Assembly: GCA_002633005.1 (NCBI GenBank) | Contig: NMRA01000545.1 | Coordinates: 224,460 to 288,459 of the forward strand | Direction: 5' to 3' | DNA from: Phoronis australis | Taxonomy: Eukaryota > Animalia > Phoronida | Length of the DNA stretch: 64,000 nucleotides | Part shown: piece by piece, positions 12,801 through 23,300 of the stretch | Position numbering within the stretch: position 1 is the first letter of the stretch | Layout: each line of letters begins with the position of its first letter | Notes under the pieces: generated by a model | Databases searched by the model: none | Seen by the model: the letters and a program-made list of their open reading frames with translations, nothing else | Told to the model about the DNA's origin: nothing | Program-made: the position numbers and the translations under genes

Positions 12801-14375
12801 GCAGAATGCATACCAAAAATCAAAAGGCATTGTCCTCTCATTGACAGAAACTTATTAACTGAATATGAAATTTTGTCAAGGAACTCCAAAGATACTGGGG
12901 CAAACATGAAACAACACAATTGCCACTAGGAGGCACAGCAGCAGGTGGATCCATCCGAAAGTCGTTGTCATCAGTTGGCATCTGCCAACTGTCTCAACAA
13001 TCCAAGGGTTTTGGAGATACAGCCACGGACAGGCATACCGCAGATCCCTGGTTATCTTGGAGATAATTCATTTTTTCTTGTAAATTACTATTCCAATGGT
13101 GAGTCTTAACAGTCCATGAGACAATAGAATGTGATGTGGACAGTCCAACAAAGGTCAACATCTTGGTTCTATATTCACTTCTGTTGAAGGACCACAATGA
13201 CGTACTTGCTATTCACCACAATCTGCATCAGTCATTGGTGTTTGCTCAACACCAGTGAGTGCATAAGCAAAATGCAAACCTTATGTAGGCCTTATGCTGG
13301 CACATTCACTTCCCAAGGAACATGTATTTATACGAAAGGTAATATCAAAAATGGTTGCTTTTTCCTCCAACATACCGTATCTTAAAGAACTGAATTTAAA
13401 CACACCACTCTGCATTACGCTCACTGTACACTAAATGATTAAATCATGGCAATACAATACCAGTATTCCAAAGTTGTTGGACCAGAGTTTGGAAGAGCCA
13501 AGATAATTAAAATTCAAACTGAACCAAAGTTTTTGCATATAATACATCAAAACGAATGGTTATCTGATCAGTGTTAAAAAATGCTCTCTGTAACAATAAT
13601 AGAGCGTAACAACAACTATGTCAAAGTTTATTTTGTCATGGTGGTTAAAAAATTTGAGAACCTAAGAGCATCGGTAAAGAGTTCAACATTGACAACTGAA
13701 AAGTAGCAAGAATTACACTTCAATGTTATGTATTCAGTCCAGCTTTAAGTTTAACAAAAACTGTTCATAGTCTAGTATATCACAAATAAATCAGCAATTC
13801 CCAATAAAATATCCCAAACCGGTGTATTCACAGGATGCAAAAAAAACAGGATGCAACAAAATGACTGACAAATTTGCAGGTATCATAAAAGCCAAATTGG
13901 GTTATTACGAAAAATTACATTTGTTTTTGAAGTTACATATAATACCATTTTGTTTAATACCATTTTCAGTTGCTAAAATAAACTGGACCATCGAGCATTC
14001 AATGTGGAAACTATGGACCAACTCTGAATAAGCACAACATTTATAAAGCACTAAGAATCTCACAGAATGATCTAAATGTGTTGCAGTTATGGATTTGATG
14101 TCCTTTATAACGTTTCCACAATGAAAAATTGATGCTCTCCTGCTTGTCCAAATGATTGTGGCAACTGAAAAAGAAATGAGGAAAATGGCATCATATGTAA
14201 ATTATGAAAATAAAAACCTTATTCAACATTTTGCCTTTATTGAACCAACAGATATACCAATCATTTTTCCGAACCCTGAATGTAAAAGTATTGTTAAACT
14301 TACCGCCGAGGGTTGGGTGGGTATTTTGAGCCAAGCTGGTGCAAAATCATTTGAAGGAGCCTTGCTGCTCGCCAT
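741..14375 (-). CDS. GPBP1: Vasculin / GC-rich promoter-binding protein 1 family (GPBP1/GPBP1L1-like), 5' part; 7 coding exons, continues beyond the left edge
   Basis: Exons 14375-14304, 12170-12071, 6676-6507, 3847-3698, 2004-1929, 1678-1607 and 862-741 have GT donors/AG acceptors and compatible phases (0,1,0,0,1,1,0), giving 254 open codons. The N-terminus MASSKAPSNDFAPAWLKIPT matches the vasculin DFxPAWL motif; EFPSLG...SGVW is a second family motif. Confidence 0.85.
908..1208. repeat. Minisatellite, 34-bp unit, about 8.8 copies (intronic)
   Basis: Unit CACAACTGAACATGTAGTACACAAGGC(C/A)AGTATT repeated in tandem; explains the repetitive ORFs at 707-1441. Confidence 0.95.
1607..1678 (-). CDS. 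GPBP1: GPBP1-like coding exon 6 (DKPNNKVLCHQGSVSPPAESSSQQ)
   Basis: Acceptor CCCTTTCAG, donor AAG|GTAAAC; 72 nt, phase 1 to 1, so it could be skipped in frame. Confidence 0.65.
1929..2004 (-). CDS. GPBP1: GPBP1-like coding exon 5 (PSLGNGTSSDTTGPPGKTTSVSGVW)
   Basis: Acceptor TTTTTGTAG, donor GTATGT; completes the EF|PSL motif and carries SGVW. Confidence 0.8.
2348..3450 (-). mobile_element. Helentron-associated non-autonomous element (HINE/DINE-1-like)
   Basis: On the minus strand: 5' TTTT-ATGCGCCCACA subTIR with inverted repeat, internal ~150-bp degenerate monomers, then 3' subTIR GTGGGCACAT, stem-loop CAACGC/GTGTTG and terminal CTCTTGTT. The same ends occur at 9049-10348 and 38753-38790. 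Confidence 0.7.
3698..3847 (-). CDS. GPBP1: GPBP1-like coding exon 4 (PFYYAYGYPYDF...DSFNSEF)
   Basis: Acceptor CTTTTTAG, donor GTAAGT; 150 nt open, phase 0 to 0. Confidence 0.8.
3945..4703. mobile_element. PIF/Harbinger-like MITE (759 bp)
   Basis: TIR GGGCTGTTCCAG...CTGGAACAGCCC with longer imperfect inverted arms; TTA target duplication at 3942-3944 and 4704-4706. Confidence 0.8.
6507..6676 (-). CDS. GPBP1: GPBP1-like coding exon 3 (Tyr-rich: DSRPNSHKYRHHSLDGYYDDYYYGYYDDYYGY...PPHD)
   Basis: Acceptor TTGTTTTCAG, donor GTGAGT; 170 nt, phase 1 to 0. Confidence 0.8.
6874..8935. mobile_element. Non-autonomous hAT-type DNA transposon (~2.06 kb, contains a gap)
   Basis: Perfect 15-bp TIR CAGGGACTCATCTAG / CTAGATGAGTCCCTG; 8-bp TSD ATTGCAAG at 6866-6873 and 8936-8943; no transposase ORF. 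Confidence 0.9.
7051..7108. other. Assembly gap (N run) following a poly-G tract
   Basis: Ns in the sequence; the G-run at 6959-7050 probably broke the assembly. Confidence 0.99.
9049..10348 (-). mobile_element. HINE/DINE-1-like element spanning an assembly gap
   Basis: Plus-strand AACAAGAGCAACGCGGAGCGTTGAAATGCGCCCACA at 9049; (GGAC)n-type microsatellite and ATGCGTCCACATAT/ATATGTGGGCGCAT hairpin followed by AAAAA at 10252-10348. Confidence 0.7.
9352..10251. other. Assembly gap (900 N)
   Basis: Ns; the long X-filled ORFs here are artefacts. Confidence 0.99.
10349..11050 (-). repeat. Older HINE-family internal monomers (~140 bp periodic)
   Basis: Recurrent (G)CCACTAGGGGGC-like and TTTCATGA...GAGATA motifs shared with the 2348-3450 element. 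Confidence 0.5.
12071..12170 (-). CDS. GPBP1: GPBP1-like coding exon 2 (KGTSSSNEKHSGRHVDNSYRGIQRQRSFDYRYD)
   Basis: Acceptor ATTTCAG, donor GTAGGT; 100 nt, phase 0 to 1, exactly bridging exons 1 and 3. Confidence 0.75.
12600..13050 (-). repeat. Fragment of the same HINE-family repeat
   Basis: TTGCCACTAGGAGGCACAG...GGATCCATCCGAAAGTCG...GGGTTTTGGAGATACAGCCA is similar to 2790-2915 and 3200-3370. Confidence 0.55.
14304..14375 (-). CDS. GPBP1: GPBP1-like coding exon 1 (MASSKAPSNDFAPAWLKIPTQPSA)
   Basis: ATG at 14375; donor GCG|GTAAGT at 14303; DFAPAWL motif. Confidence 0.88.
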
Positions 14376-15199
14376 TAGGTAAAACTCATTTGCATAATGA
14401 TACAAACACAAAAATCACAATTCCAGTTGAAGGTTTTGCGACTTGAGTAGTATCCAGTAAACACACAGCCTCCCTAGTTGTCTGAGGTATAGGGACAATC
14501 ACACACTAGCAGTCTGTTTTCTGCTTTGCGGGAAGCACGATATGACGAGAAGAGTTAAGACGCAAAACACAAGGTTTGCCAGAATTCCTGCTGCTACCTG
14601 GTCATTTTATTCTTTAGTCTTAAACTTTTATAGAAAACGGAATTTCTGCTAACTTCACTGAGCGATAAAAACTTGTCTGTCCATAAGACCTTCTATACTC
14701 ATTTTCAATCTTGGGGATTTCTTGCGTCTAAAAACCTACTGCTAATACATTGCACACGTTTCACCAGTTACGAAATAAGAATTACATCCTTCAAACCATG
14801 AAATACCGAGTCAAGACATCTATCATCTTTGCACTTAAAACAACACCGATGCTTCAAATGATGTTTTTGAAACCATTCTTGTCTTATCTCTAAGTTTTGC
14901 GGTTGGACTACTTTCAAGTCAGCATACGGACATGGAGAATTAAGTGAACGGCACCAACACAGACTTGTGACCCAATGTGACCTTTCCTGCTTCACAACAC
15001 ACTTTCACTTCCACCTCGTTCAAGTTGAGTTTGTTTTTGTTGAGAAAACGTCAACTTTGTGCAAAGTAACGACAAAATCAGTGAATTATTTCACTCGCAT
15101 AATCTTCAAATGTGCATCTGCAAACATTATCAGATGCTAACGTCACTTGGTTTAAGTTTGAATCAAGCAAAGGCGCTAAACAAAACACAAATCCATCAA

Positions 15200-15480
15200 G
15201 GCTCCTGCACTTCTCTAAACAAAAATGGCGATTGTCCTATTCACGTTGTTTCACGTCAGGAAAAATAAAAAAAAATATAATTTTCGATAACTCTTTCGTC
15301 TTAAATATGCTTATATCATGAAAGATGAGATTAACGTTATTTAGTGTATCTGTTTTACACAGGCTCACTTTCCTGTTGATAATATAACAAAATAAGTACG
15401 TAAACATTATTAAGTCACGTGACATTAACGAGACTGTCTCTGCTCCTGAGGAAATGCAACACCGAGGTAATCAGAAATAA
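15200..15480. promoter_or_regulatory. Probable bidirectional promoter of GPBP1-like / TMEM69
   Basis: Lies between the divergent genes; palindromic E-box/CLEAR-type GTCACGTGAC at 15414-15423; YY1-like AAAATGGCG near 15222; candidate donors on both strands (GTGAGC on minus near 15367, GAG|GTAATC on plus near 15467). TSSs are not determinable. Confidence 0.45.
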
Positions 15481-15863
15481 GTCAAAAGGTCGTCTTTCGC
15501 GAGTGATGAGGTGCTCTTATAAAGTGCAACATTCATCCTGATAATTTGAGTCTTCCCACGCCATATGAAATTGTTGAAATCGCAAGTTGTCATCGGAAGC
15601 CACGAGACTCTTGCCGCACTCGCAGCAGTGCCATTCCGCATTCGTCTCGACTGGCCGTCTTGACCACAACACAACTTCACAAGGCACAGCCACAGCCACA
15701 GGCACCTTTGATCAGCCCTAGGCGATAGTATAAAATAGAGAAAGGTATACAACTGCTATCCAATATGCCCTCCCGCCAGGTACTTCCAGAACAGCTCCAA
15801 GCATGTCAAATCTCCCAGAAATTGAAGTCCAACATTTTATCTGCAACATCAACACATTCACTA

Positions 15864-16760
15864 GGCAATGACCATCGCCTCTGTTGGCCCGAACCAGAGG
15901 CGATGCAGAGGCTATAGGTGCTCTGTACGCCGGAAGCTTTTCGGCGAATTATGCCTCGAACCGACTAAACCATCAAAGTCACGTTGTTATAAATACCTTT
16001 TGCGCATAGAGGAACACCTTTAGGAGGTTGTCGATGTGTTTAATTCCTTCCAACTCGAACAAATACTCCCGTTATGAAACTTTTTCTTCGAGCAGTCCCT
16101 ATTTCAGTTCCCAAAATTGTGAAATCAACATTTTCATTTTTTTAACAAGGCCGAAGGTCAGAAGTTGCGGACCTACCGGGGAACTTTGAAAGCTGAAGTT
16201 CCCGCCCTTCGCGTACGTGCTGCCGGGAACCAGCCGTGCATTTGCCGTGTTGTTAAACATTAAAATGTCAAATATGTGCACAAAGACTATTAAATGTCAT
16301 ATCAACAGCATTTATTTTTATCAAATACAAACAATGATTCATTGAAATACAATCAGTTTCAAGTAACGCCAATTAAAGACAAGTATAAGTGGTGGCATTT
16401 TGGAAACGAACATTTGACTGACAAGACCGCAATGGCTCACCTTTGGCCTATTTAAAGATTGAGGTCATGAATTGGAGCGTGCGCAGTATAAAAATGGTGA
16501 GTTCACGATTTTGGGAACTGAAATAGGGACTGCTCGAAGAAAAAGTTTCATAACGGGAGTATTTGTTCGAGTTGGAAGGAATTAAACACATCGACAACCT
16601 CCTAAGGTGTTCCTCTATGCGCAAAAGGTATTTATAACAACGTGACTTTGATGGTTTAGTCGGTGCGAGGCATAATTCGCCAAAAAGCTTCCGGCGTACA
16701 GAGCGCCTATAGCCTCTGCATCGCCTCTGGTTCGGGCCAACAGAGGCGATGGTCATTGCC
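15864..16760. mobile_element. Foldback MITE with ~270-bp inverted arms and TA TSD (Tc1/mariner-like target)
   Basis: GGCAATGACCATCGCCTCTG... at 15864 is the near-perfect reverse complement of ...CAGAGGCGATGGTCATTGCC ending at 16760; flanked by TA on both sides; second partial copy at 30553-30972. Confidence 0.88.
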
Positions 16761-17251
16761 TACACAAGTCATTCACTAGACACTACTTCCATTTGTTGAC
16801 ATCGAAACCAATAAAAACAATACATACCTCCAGATTTTCTGACTTAAATCGCCAACATTCACGGCAAAGCGTAGTGACAAAAATGATCCATGGGTGGCAA
16901 CTAATGCGCGTGCTCACAAAGCCGCTGACAACATTTTCAGAACGCTTACATCAACTAAAAACAGCAACATTAGAGGCAGAGTAAACATAGATGCTTCTGA
17001 CAGTAATTTGCGATCATGTCCAGCTGGCCAGAGTTCGACCTCAAGTGACGAGGTCAAAAACACATGGTTGGAAAACAAATTGGAAGGCCCCTTGAAAGTT
17101 TGACCTAGTTTTGTTGTACCCAACCAGCGTGCTCCTGGAGTAGTATATACATAATGTTGCTGTAATATTTATGAAAATTGGAATTTTTCAGTGCATAAAT
17201 GTCTATGTCAAGTGTAGACCTACTGTCAAAATATCTTCTGTTTCTTTTCCG

Positions 17252-17840
17252 ATTGACGAGTTGTCTTGGGACACCGTCCACACTAGATTGCTTAGCAGCA
17301 GGCTCACTCTATTTTACAAAATAGTAAATGGGATAGTGGCAGTCGACCCATCCTTCTATATTACACCCATGCCTAGTACACACTCTTCCAGATGCGTCAA
17401 TCATCGTACATACCACATCCCACAACCCTCCCACTATATTACTCCCGTGCTATAGTACACACTCTTGCAGAGGCGTCAATCACCATGCATACTACATCCC
17501 TCAACCCTCCCACTATATTATTCCCATGCCTAGTACACACTCTTGTAGAGGCGTCAATCACCATGCATACCACATCCCGCAAACCTCCCACTATATTACT
17601 CCCGTGCTATAGTACACACTCTTCCAGAGGCGTCAATCACCATGCATGCCACATCCCTCAACCCTCCCACTATATTATTCCCATGCATAGTACACACTCT
17701 TCCAGATTCAGCAATGACCATGTATACCACATCCTACATAGTAAACAAAACATTCATTTACACAGCTTCTTCCTTGGCACTAGTTGGCTGTGGAATGGTC
17801 TCGGCACCATCTGTAGAGGCATTTAGGAATAGATTGTTTT
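17252..17840 (+). mobile_element. 3' fragment of a non-LTR retrotransposon (CR1/L2-group ORF2 C-terminus) with an internal tandem expansion
   Basis: Translation DELSWDTVHTRLLSSRLTLFYKIVNG...HSFFLGTSWLWNGL resembles the L.W.SL..RR...RL..FYKI and SFFP.T...WN.L motifs at the end of CR1/L2-type ORF2. Confidence 0.65.
17358..17740. repeat. Tandem repeat, alternating 79/78-bp units, about 5 copies
   Basis: TAGTACACACTCTT anchors at 17374, 17453, 17531, 17610 and 17688. Confidence 0.9.
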
Positions 17841-18901
17841 AAATATCATAACATCATCCAGTTGTTTTTATCCTACACTGTATAGTGCCTTCTGTTAATG
17901 ATAACCAATCTTTGTCTTTTGGAAGTGACCAATCCTTTTCCATCATTTTCTACAATAAGATTAGGTATGATGTATCTGAAGAAGATAAGTTGAAATATTA
18001 ATAAATGATCATTATTCAATAAAAACTGGTCCCCGGCAACCGTTTTGAAGAGGGGGCCCATCTACTCGACTTTCCAAAACATGTTAAAAACCTAACAACC
18101 GTGGATATCAGACTTCATGAGCCCATTTATTAACTAACGACTACCCAGCTCTGACCCAGATTGCCCTGATTAATGTTGTATGTATCTCAAGAAACTTCGA
18201 AATTCAAGAAATATTCCTTTACAAACTTAAATCAGTTAAAGATGTAAAGTTAAAAAAAAGTGATGAAAGACCATTTACTAATAACTGTAATTGTTTCCAT
18301 AAAGGAGTACTTAAGGAATTGTATGCTTACTGAGAAATTTGTGAGTGACAATTGGGTAATGTGTTTTAACAGTCTGAATTATCTGGACTTTAAAACTTTA
18401 TCGAAATTGTTTTAACAAAAATATTGATCATTTATACGTAATTTATTAGTCTAAAAAGGTATGTCAATCAGTTCAATGAACACACACATGCATGTAGATA
18501 CAATGTGTTACTTGGTGGACATTATCGTGATTGTTCCTGTTTCATTCCAGGGATATTCTTGAACCGTGCCTTTGCGCCATTAGTGCATAAAATAATAACA
18601 AGGCGCAAGTACATTGCAGCAGTGTGCCCCAGAGGTGCATCTTTTAATACTTCCAAAACTGCAAGGTTCTAGTCAACTTACAGCCAGTCGGGTACAGTAA
18701 TATACAGGTGGTAGATTTCATTAAAATAAGCCCAAGTTAACCGGCTGTTTAGGTTTTTCAATGTTTGATCGTAATTACACTAAGTCTGGTGAGTACAAGT
18801 TTTTGAAAACAGGCACACTTTTTATCGTCATGAATTTTAACCTTGTTTGGTTTTGAATGTTGATAATGTAAGATCTGTTGTTTTGTTTCAGGTCTGTCGC
18901 A

Positions 18902-19714
18902 ATGCTTATCAAGTTAATTCAAGGAGCTTGTATACAAGGAATAAGGAAGTTCGAACATCCTTTAATGAAACAAAACTGTTTTAAGTGGCACTATGTTAGC
19001 ATGTACATGTGCCATGCAAGCAATCCAGGATTAAGTACTTCATGGAAATTGGGGCGGTTTTGCAATGAGACCTACTGTACCAGAAGTGGAACCAGAGCTA
19101 AGGAAAAACAAAACTGGCAATTTCCCACATGTTTGCAAGCTGTCAATTTCCACACAGGCTCTGAGAGACAACAAAGCGTGGAAGAAGAAAAAAGGCTTAC
19201 AATCTGGAAAAACATCAAAGAAATAAGACAAAGCCCCATACCCGCCCTGACTCTAGGACTCTCTGGAGTAATACCATTTGCTGCTGCACCGACCTACCTG
19301 ATAGCCTCTGGTGCCTTACTTCCAAACATAGTTTTTGCTCAGCTTGTTTATGGTGCTTCCATTCTGTCCTTCTTGGGTGGAGTGCGGTGGGGCTTTACTC
19401 TGGACAATCACTGTGGCATACAACCCAATTGGTTTAACTTGTTATACAGTGTAAGCCCATCATTGTTAGCATGGATGGCCATAGTCATACCAGAGACACC
19501 TGGACTCCTTACTCTCATCACGGGGCTTGGTGGCATGATGTACATGGATATGATTTTGCCAGGATATCCTTCTTGGTTCAAAGGATTGAGATTCCTGTTG
19601 AGTCTATGTGCCATTCTGTCGCTGTGGACCACACTGACTTGTAAATTTTTGTTAAAATCAATTACAGATTCACCAGATGCCAGTGAAACTGCGAAGGACA
19701 TTGCTGTTGACTAG
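18902..19714 (+). CDS. TMEM69: Transmembrane protein 69 (DUF3429 family), ~270 aa
   Basis: Motifs PALTLGLSGVIPF, QLVYGASILSFLGGVRWG, YSVSPSLLAW and YPSWFKGLRFLLS; several TM segments. Acceptor TTTCAG at 18891 precedes the ATG at 18902 (the track start at 18878 is intronic); an upstream coding exon cannot be excluded. Confidence 0.92.
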   Translation: MLIKLIQGACIQGIRKFEHPLMKQNCFKWHYVSMYMCHASNPGLSTSWKLGRFCNETYCTRSGTRAKEKQNWQFPTCLQAVNFHTGSERQQSVEEEKRLTIWKNIKEIRQSPIPALTLGLSGVIPFAAAPTYLIASGALLPNIVFAQLVYGASILSFLGGVRWGFTLDNHCGIQPNWFNLLYSVSPSLLAWMAIVIPETPGLLTLITGLGGMMYMDMILPGYPSWFKGLRFLLSLCAILSLWTTLTCKFLLKSITDSPDASETAKDIAVD

Positions 19715-20834
19715 TTGGCTAAATGATAAGTCAAAAATAACAGTGTGTGTGTTGAATTTTATATTCTTGTTTTTGTGCTCCATTGTAGGTGCTGCTGAAT
19801 TCATTTTGTTATGTGTGAAATAGGACTATAATGTTCAGTGTAGGCACTACTTACCTAATGCATCATTACTTCTGCTAAAGACATGCTTTCCTTTATTTTC
19901 AGTAAACAGTGTCATCAGACGTGAGACATAACTAAAATACATTTGGATAATTACAGCTCTGCTACTGTTTTATTGACTGACAATTTAGAAGTGACATTCA
20001 GTGCTGTTCATTTGTTGAGGCCATTTTGTTGGTGCACCACCACTAATTTAAGTTATTTTGAAATTTTTTTACTTAATTGTGGTTGCTATTTTAAAAACAT
20101 TTGATTACCCTTTGAATGGGCATCTTTTGGGAACGAGTTTAAACAATCAATAGGTTTGCGATTAAATTATTTGCATGGACTGATGATTAGAAGTGGAAAG
20201 AGCATCTTTAAGAGGAATTTATGTTATAACCTTTGTTTTTCATACATGTGGGGAGTCAATGCCCGTACCAGTGCAAAATCAGCCAAGGTTTATACAAAAA
20301 TATATCGTAATTGTTGTCTTAGGAAGGTTTCCTTTATAGTTCTGGTCAGTTGTAAACACTATTTTTAACAAAGAGAAATGTCACCTTTTTGAAGACATTT
20401 TGGTCAATTTAGCATATTTTGCTTACTCTTAAACATATTGTGAACTTTTTTAATTTGTATTTTTTATCTGAAACAGAATTTACTGTTTGAGGAAGAAACA
20501 ATTCAAATACTGTGTATGTTTGGTTAAGTGCTGTTACTTTAGTTTTGTTATCCGTATCTGGTGTCATTGCTCAAGCCAAATGGCAAATTGTTAGGTACCA
20601 GGCTGACTTAAAAACCATCTAGTGTCTAAGCAAGATTTGCTGAACTCAATTTTATGACATTGTGTGGGGGGATCAGTTAGCAGAATATGTTATTTAATGC
20701 AGCTAATTAATAAGCGTGGATGTGCTTTTAGGTGCAATTCTTTACTATTCTCATTGTAAAATGTAGTGCTTTTAAATTTCCATCTACCACACTTAGAGCA
20801 GTTATCAGAACAGAAACGTGTCAGTGAACGATGT

Positions 20835-20888
20835 TCACTTGGACTGGCTGACCATTGTAACACTGGTCACTTGGACTGGCTGACCATT
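20835..20888. repeat. Short tandem duplication (2 x TCACTTGGACTGGCTGACCATT)
   Basis: Two identical 22-mers about 33 bp apart in the presumed TMEM69 3' UTR. Confidence 0.7.
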
Positions 20889-23121
20889 TTCAGAACTTGC
20901 TCACTACACTACACTTTTCATTTGAAGTATTACTTTTACTTTAGGTTTTTATTGAAAAAATTCAAAATGCCTCGTATAGTAGGTAAAACATGCCAAGTTG
21001 ACAAGGAACGCTTTCAAAAATGGTAGCATTCTCACTCGAGCATACCAAATTGTAGTTATTCAATACACTCTGTATAGCTGCAACCCACTAAAATTAGCGA
21101 TGTTGGTAAATGTTGATAGAGGTTTTGTTCACACCTACAGCTCACATGATGTACTAGAATTAGTAGAACTTTACAAGTTTTAAATTGTTTTGTCATGGTA
21201 TTACTGGTAAATAGTCAGTGTTGTGTGTAAGGATGTTCAGAGGAGTCGTAGTTAGCTTTCTTGAATTGAGGGCATGGAAATTTATCAAAAAAATAATGTA
21301 GAACTCGTGCTATTTGTTTCCAAGTCTAGCATATAATAAAAGCATGTACAAAATTTACAGTGTTAATTTGCATCACTTGTTCGATGGTCATGTATTCTCA
21401 TATTGCTTCAAAATTGTGGGCATGCCCCAAATTTTACGTTAATGCCCTTGAATTTTGTCAGCTACTAAATGGTCTGCAAGTTAGAAATTGCATTCATGCA
21501 TGTACTGATGTAAAATTTTAAGCTTTGTAAGGATCCAAAATTATTGAGTAAACATTATTAATGGGAATGAGAATTTGGTCGTTGTTGATGGCTTGCAAGA
21601 TAACACTTTTGAATTCCTAGTGATTGGTGTGTCCAACATCTGTGCGACAGAGTTGTGAGAGTAGGTTTACGTTTTGTGCTCTGACTGTGGTAGCAACTAT
21701 TTGTTAATCATAAATAAAGATGAAAATATGAAAACCATTGTATTTACATGAACAACACAAATAAAGAACTATAATCAATAACTTTCATACATCACCCTTT
21801 CAATATGATGGCATAAAATTAATTTCAAAAGTATCGGGTCAATACGTTTTTACCTACTTAGCACTCAATATGCCGAACAACTGAAATTTTATTTTGCCAA
21901 ACTCCTCAAAAAGCAATTACCAAATTTCAGTCCAGCTTGGATTTTTACTTTGTGCATGTCAAAAACAACATTTGATAAAGTTTCCATTGTTAGGGACAAG
22001 GTAGCCACTTGGCCAGAAATTCCACATGTACGTAAATGATCACGTTTGTATTAAGTATTGTACGCTAACAATAAAACTTGCATAGGATCAGACCAATATT
22101 TTATCAAAGTAAGCCAAGCTGCCTTATCTGAAGGCACAAAATACTAACTAGAACAACTGTACCCCAGAACTTTATCAAAGTTGAGTTAACATCTGACTTT
22201 AGCGTATCAGAATTTTGCTGTGGTATGTGTTGCACATAAACATCTATATACAAATAGTTGCAAGTTAATCTAATATCCGGAATCTCCCCCAACAGAAATT
22301 CTATCTGGTGATTTGAAGAGACACGGAGGTACAACATAAAATAAAATTTTCTCAAACGATAAAATGGAACTGTTTTTGTACTGCACAAAACGAGAATACC
22401 TTCAGATGGCTACTATTTTGGAAGCTGTTCAAAACGTACCAAAGCCCATTCCTGCACTATGTCTCCACAAGCGCAATTCCACAATATTAGTTTAACCCAC
22501 GTCCATGGAAAAAAAATATATGGAACTCGCATGCTTTGTAGTATAATTCCGGGGTAGTCAATCACCTCTACTGTGTTGAAAAAGGATAGCAGCTTGGTAT
22601 AGAATAGAATTCAACAGCAATTTCATGTAAACTATTTCCACACGATATGCAGAGGGCAAAGCCCAATAGTGTAAGAAATCACCAAAACCATAAAATCCAA
22701 TTGTCTTAGAATTTAAGAATCAAAAACTAGTTTTCTGGATGACTGAGTTTTCCCAGTATAAAATCTGAATTAAAATGGATACAAAGTACCAAACTTTAAA
22801 GGAAAATGAATGATTATAATAAAATAAATAAGTAGTGTACATGCCATATTTACATCCAATGACTATTTCTCTTCAATACATTACCAAACATATATATTTA
22901 CATCAGCATTAACTAAAAAGAACAGAAAATATTTGAAAATTTCCTTTAAAATTATTCTTAAAAATAATACGTGTTTTTGTGACAAATATTTACAAGGTTA
23001 TATACAAAAGAAACTTCTTCATAAGATACAGCATTATATGTTAGCACCCCAAAAATACAGCCAGATGAATTTTTAAAAATCAAAGATAAAAACAGAATAT
23101 ACAACGCAAGATATTTTCACT

Positions 23122-23300
23122 CCGTTTGCCTTGTGCTAAAATTAACCAATGGACACACCGTTTGCCTTGTGCTAAGATTAACCAATGCACACACCGTTTG
23201 CCTTGTGCTAAGATTAACCAATGCACACACCGTTTGCCTTGTGCTAAGATTAACCAATGCACACACCGTTTGCCTTGTGCTAAGATTAACCAATGCACAC
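23122..23300. repeat. Minisatellite, 36-bp unit, about 5 copies
   Basis: CCGTTTGCCTTGTGCTAAGATTAACCAATGCACACA in tandem; explains four repetitive ORFs. Confidence 0.95.

Noticed and set aside
14140-14164. Possible 25-nt GPBP1 micro-exon with a non-canonical GA donor (CAG|GAGAGC) after a strong acceptor
   Set aside because: A canonical 100-nt exon at 12170-12071 already supplies the required phase 0-to-1 link, so no GA-AG intron is needed.
16448-16756. 102-aa ORF and the similar ORF at 30493-30726 suggesting a small gene family
   Set aside because: Both lie in arms of the same foldback MITE; the frame is broken in the left-arm copy.
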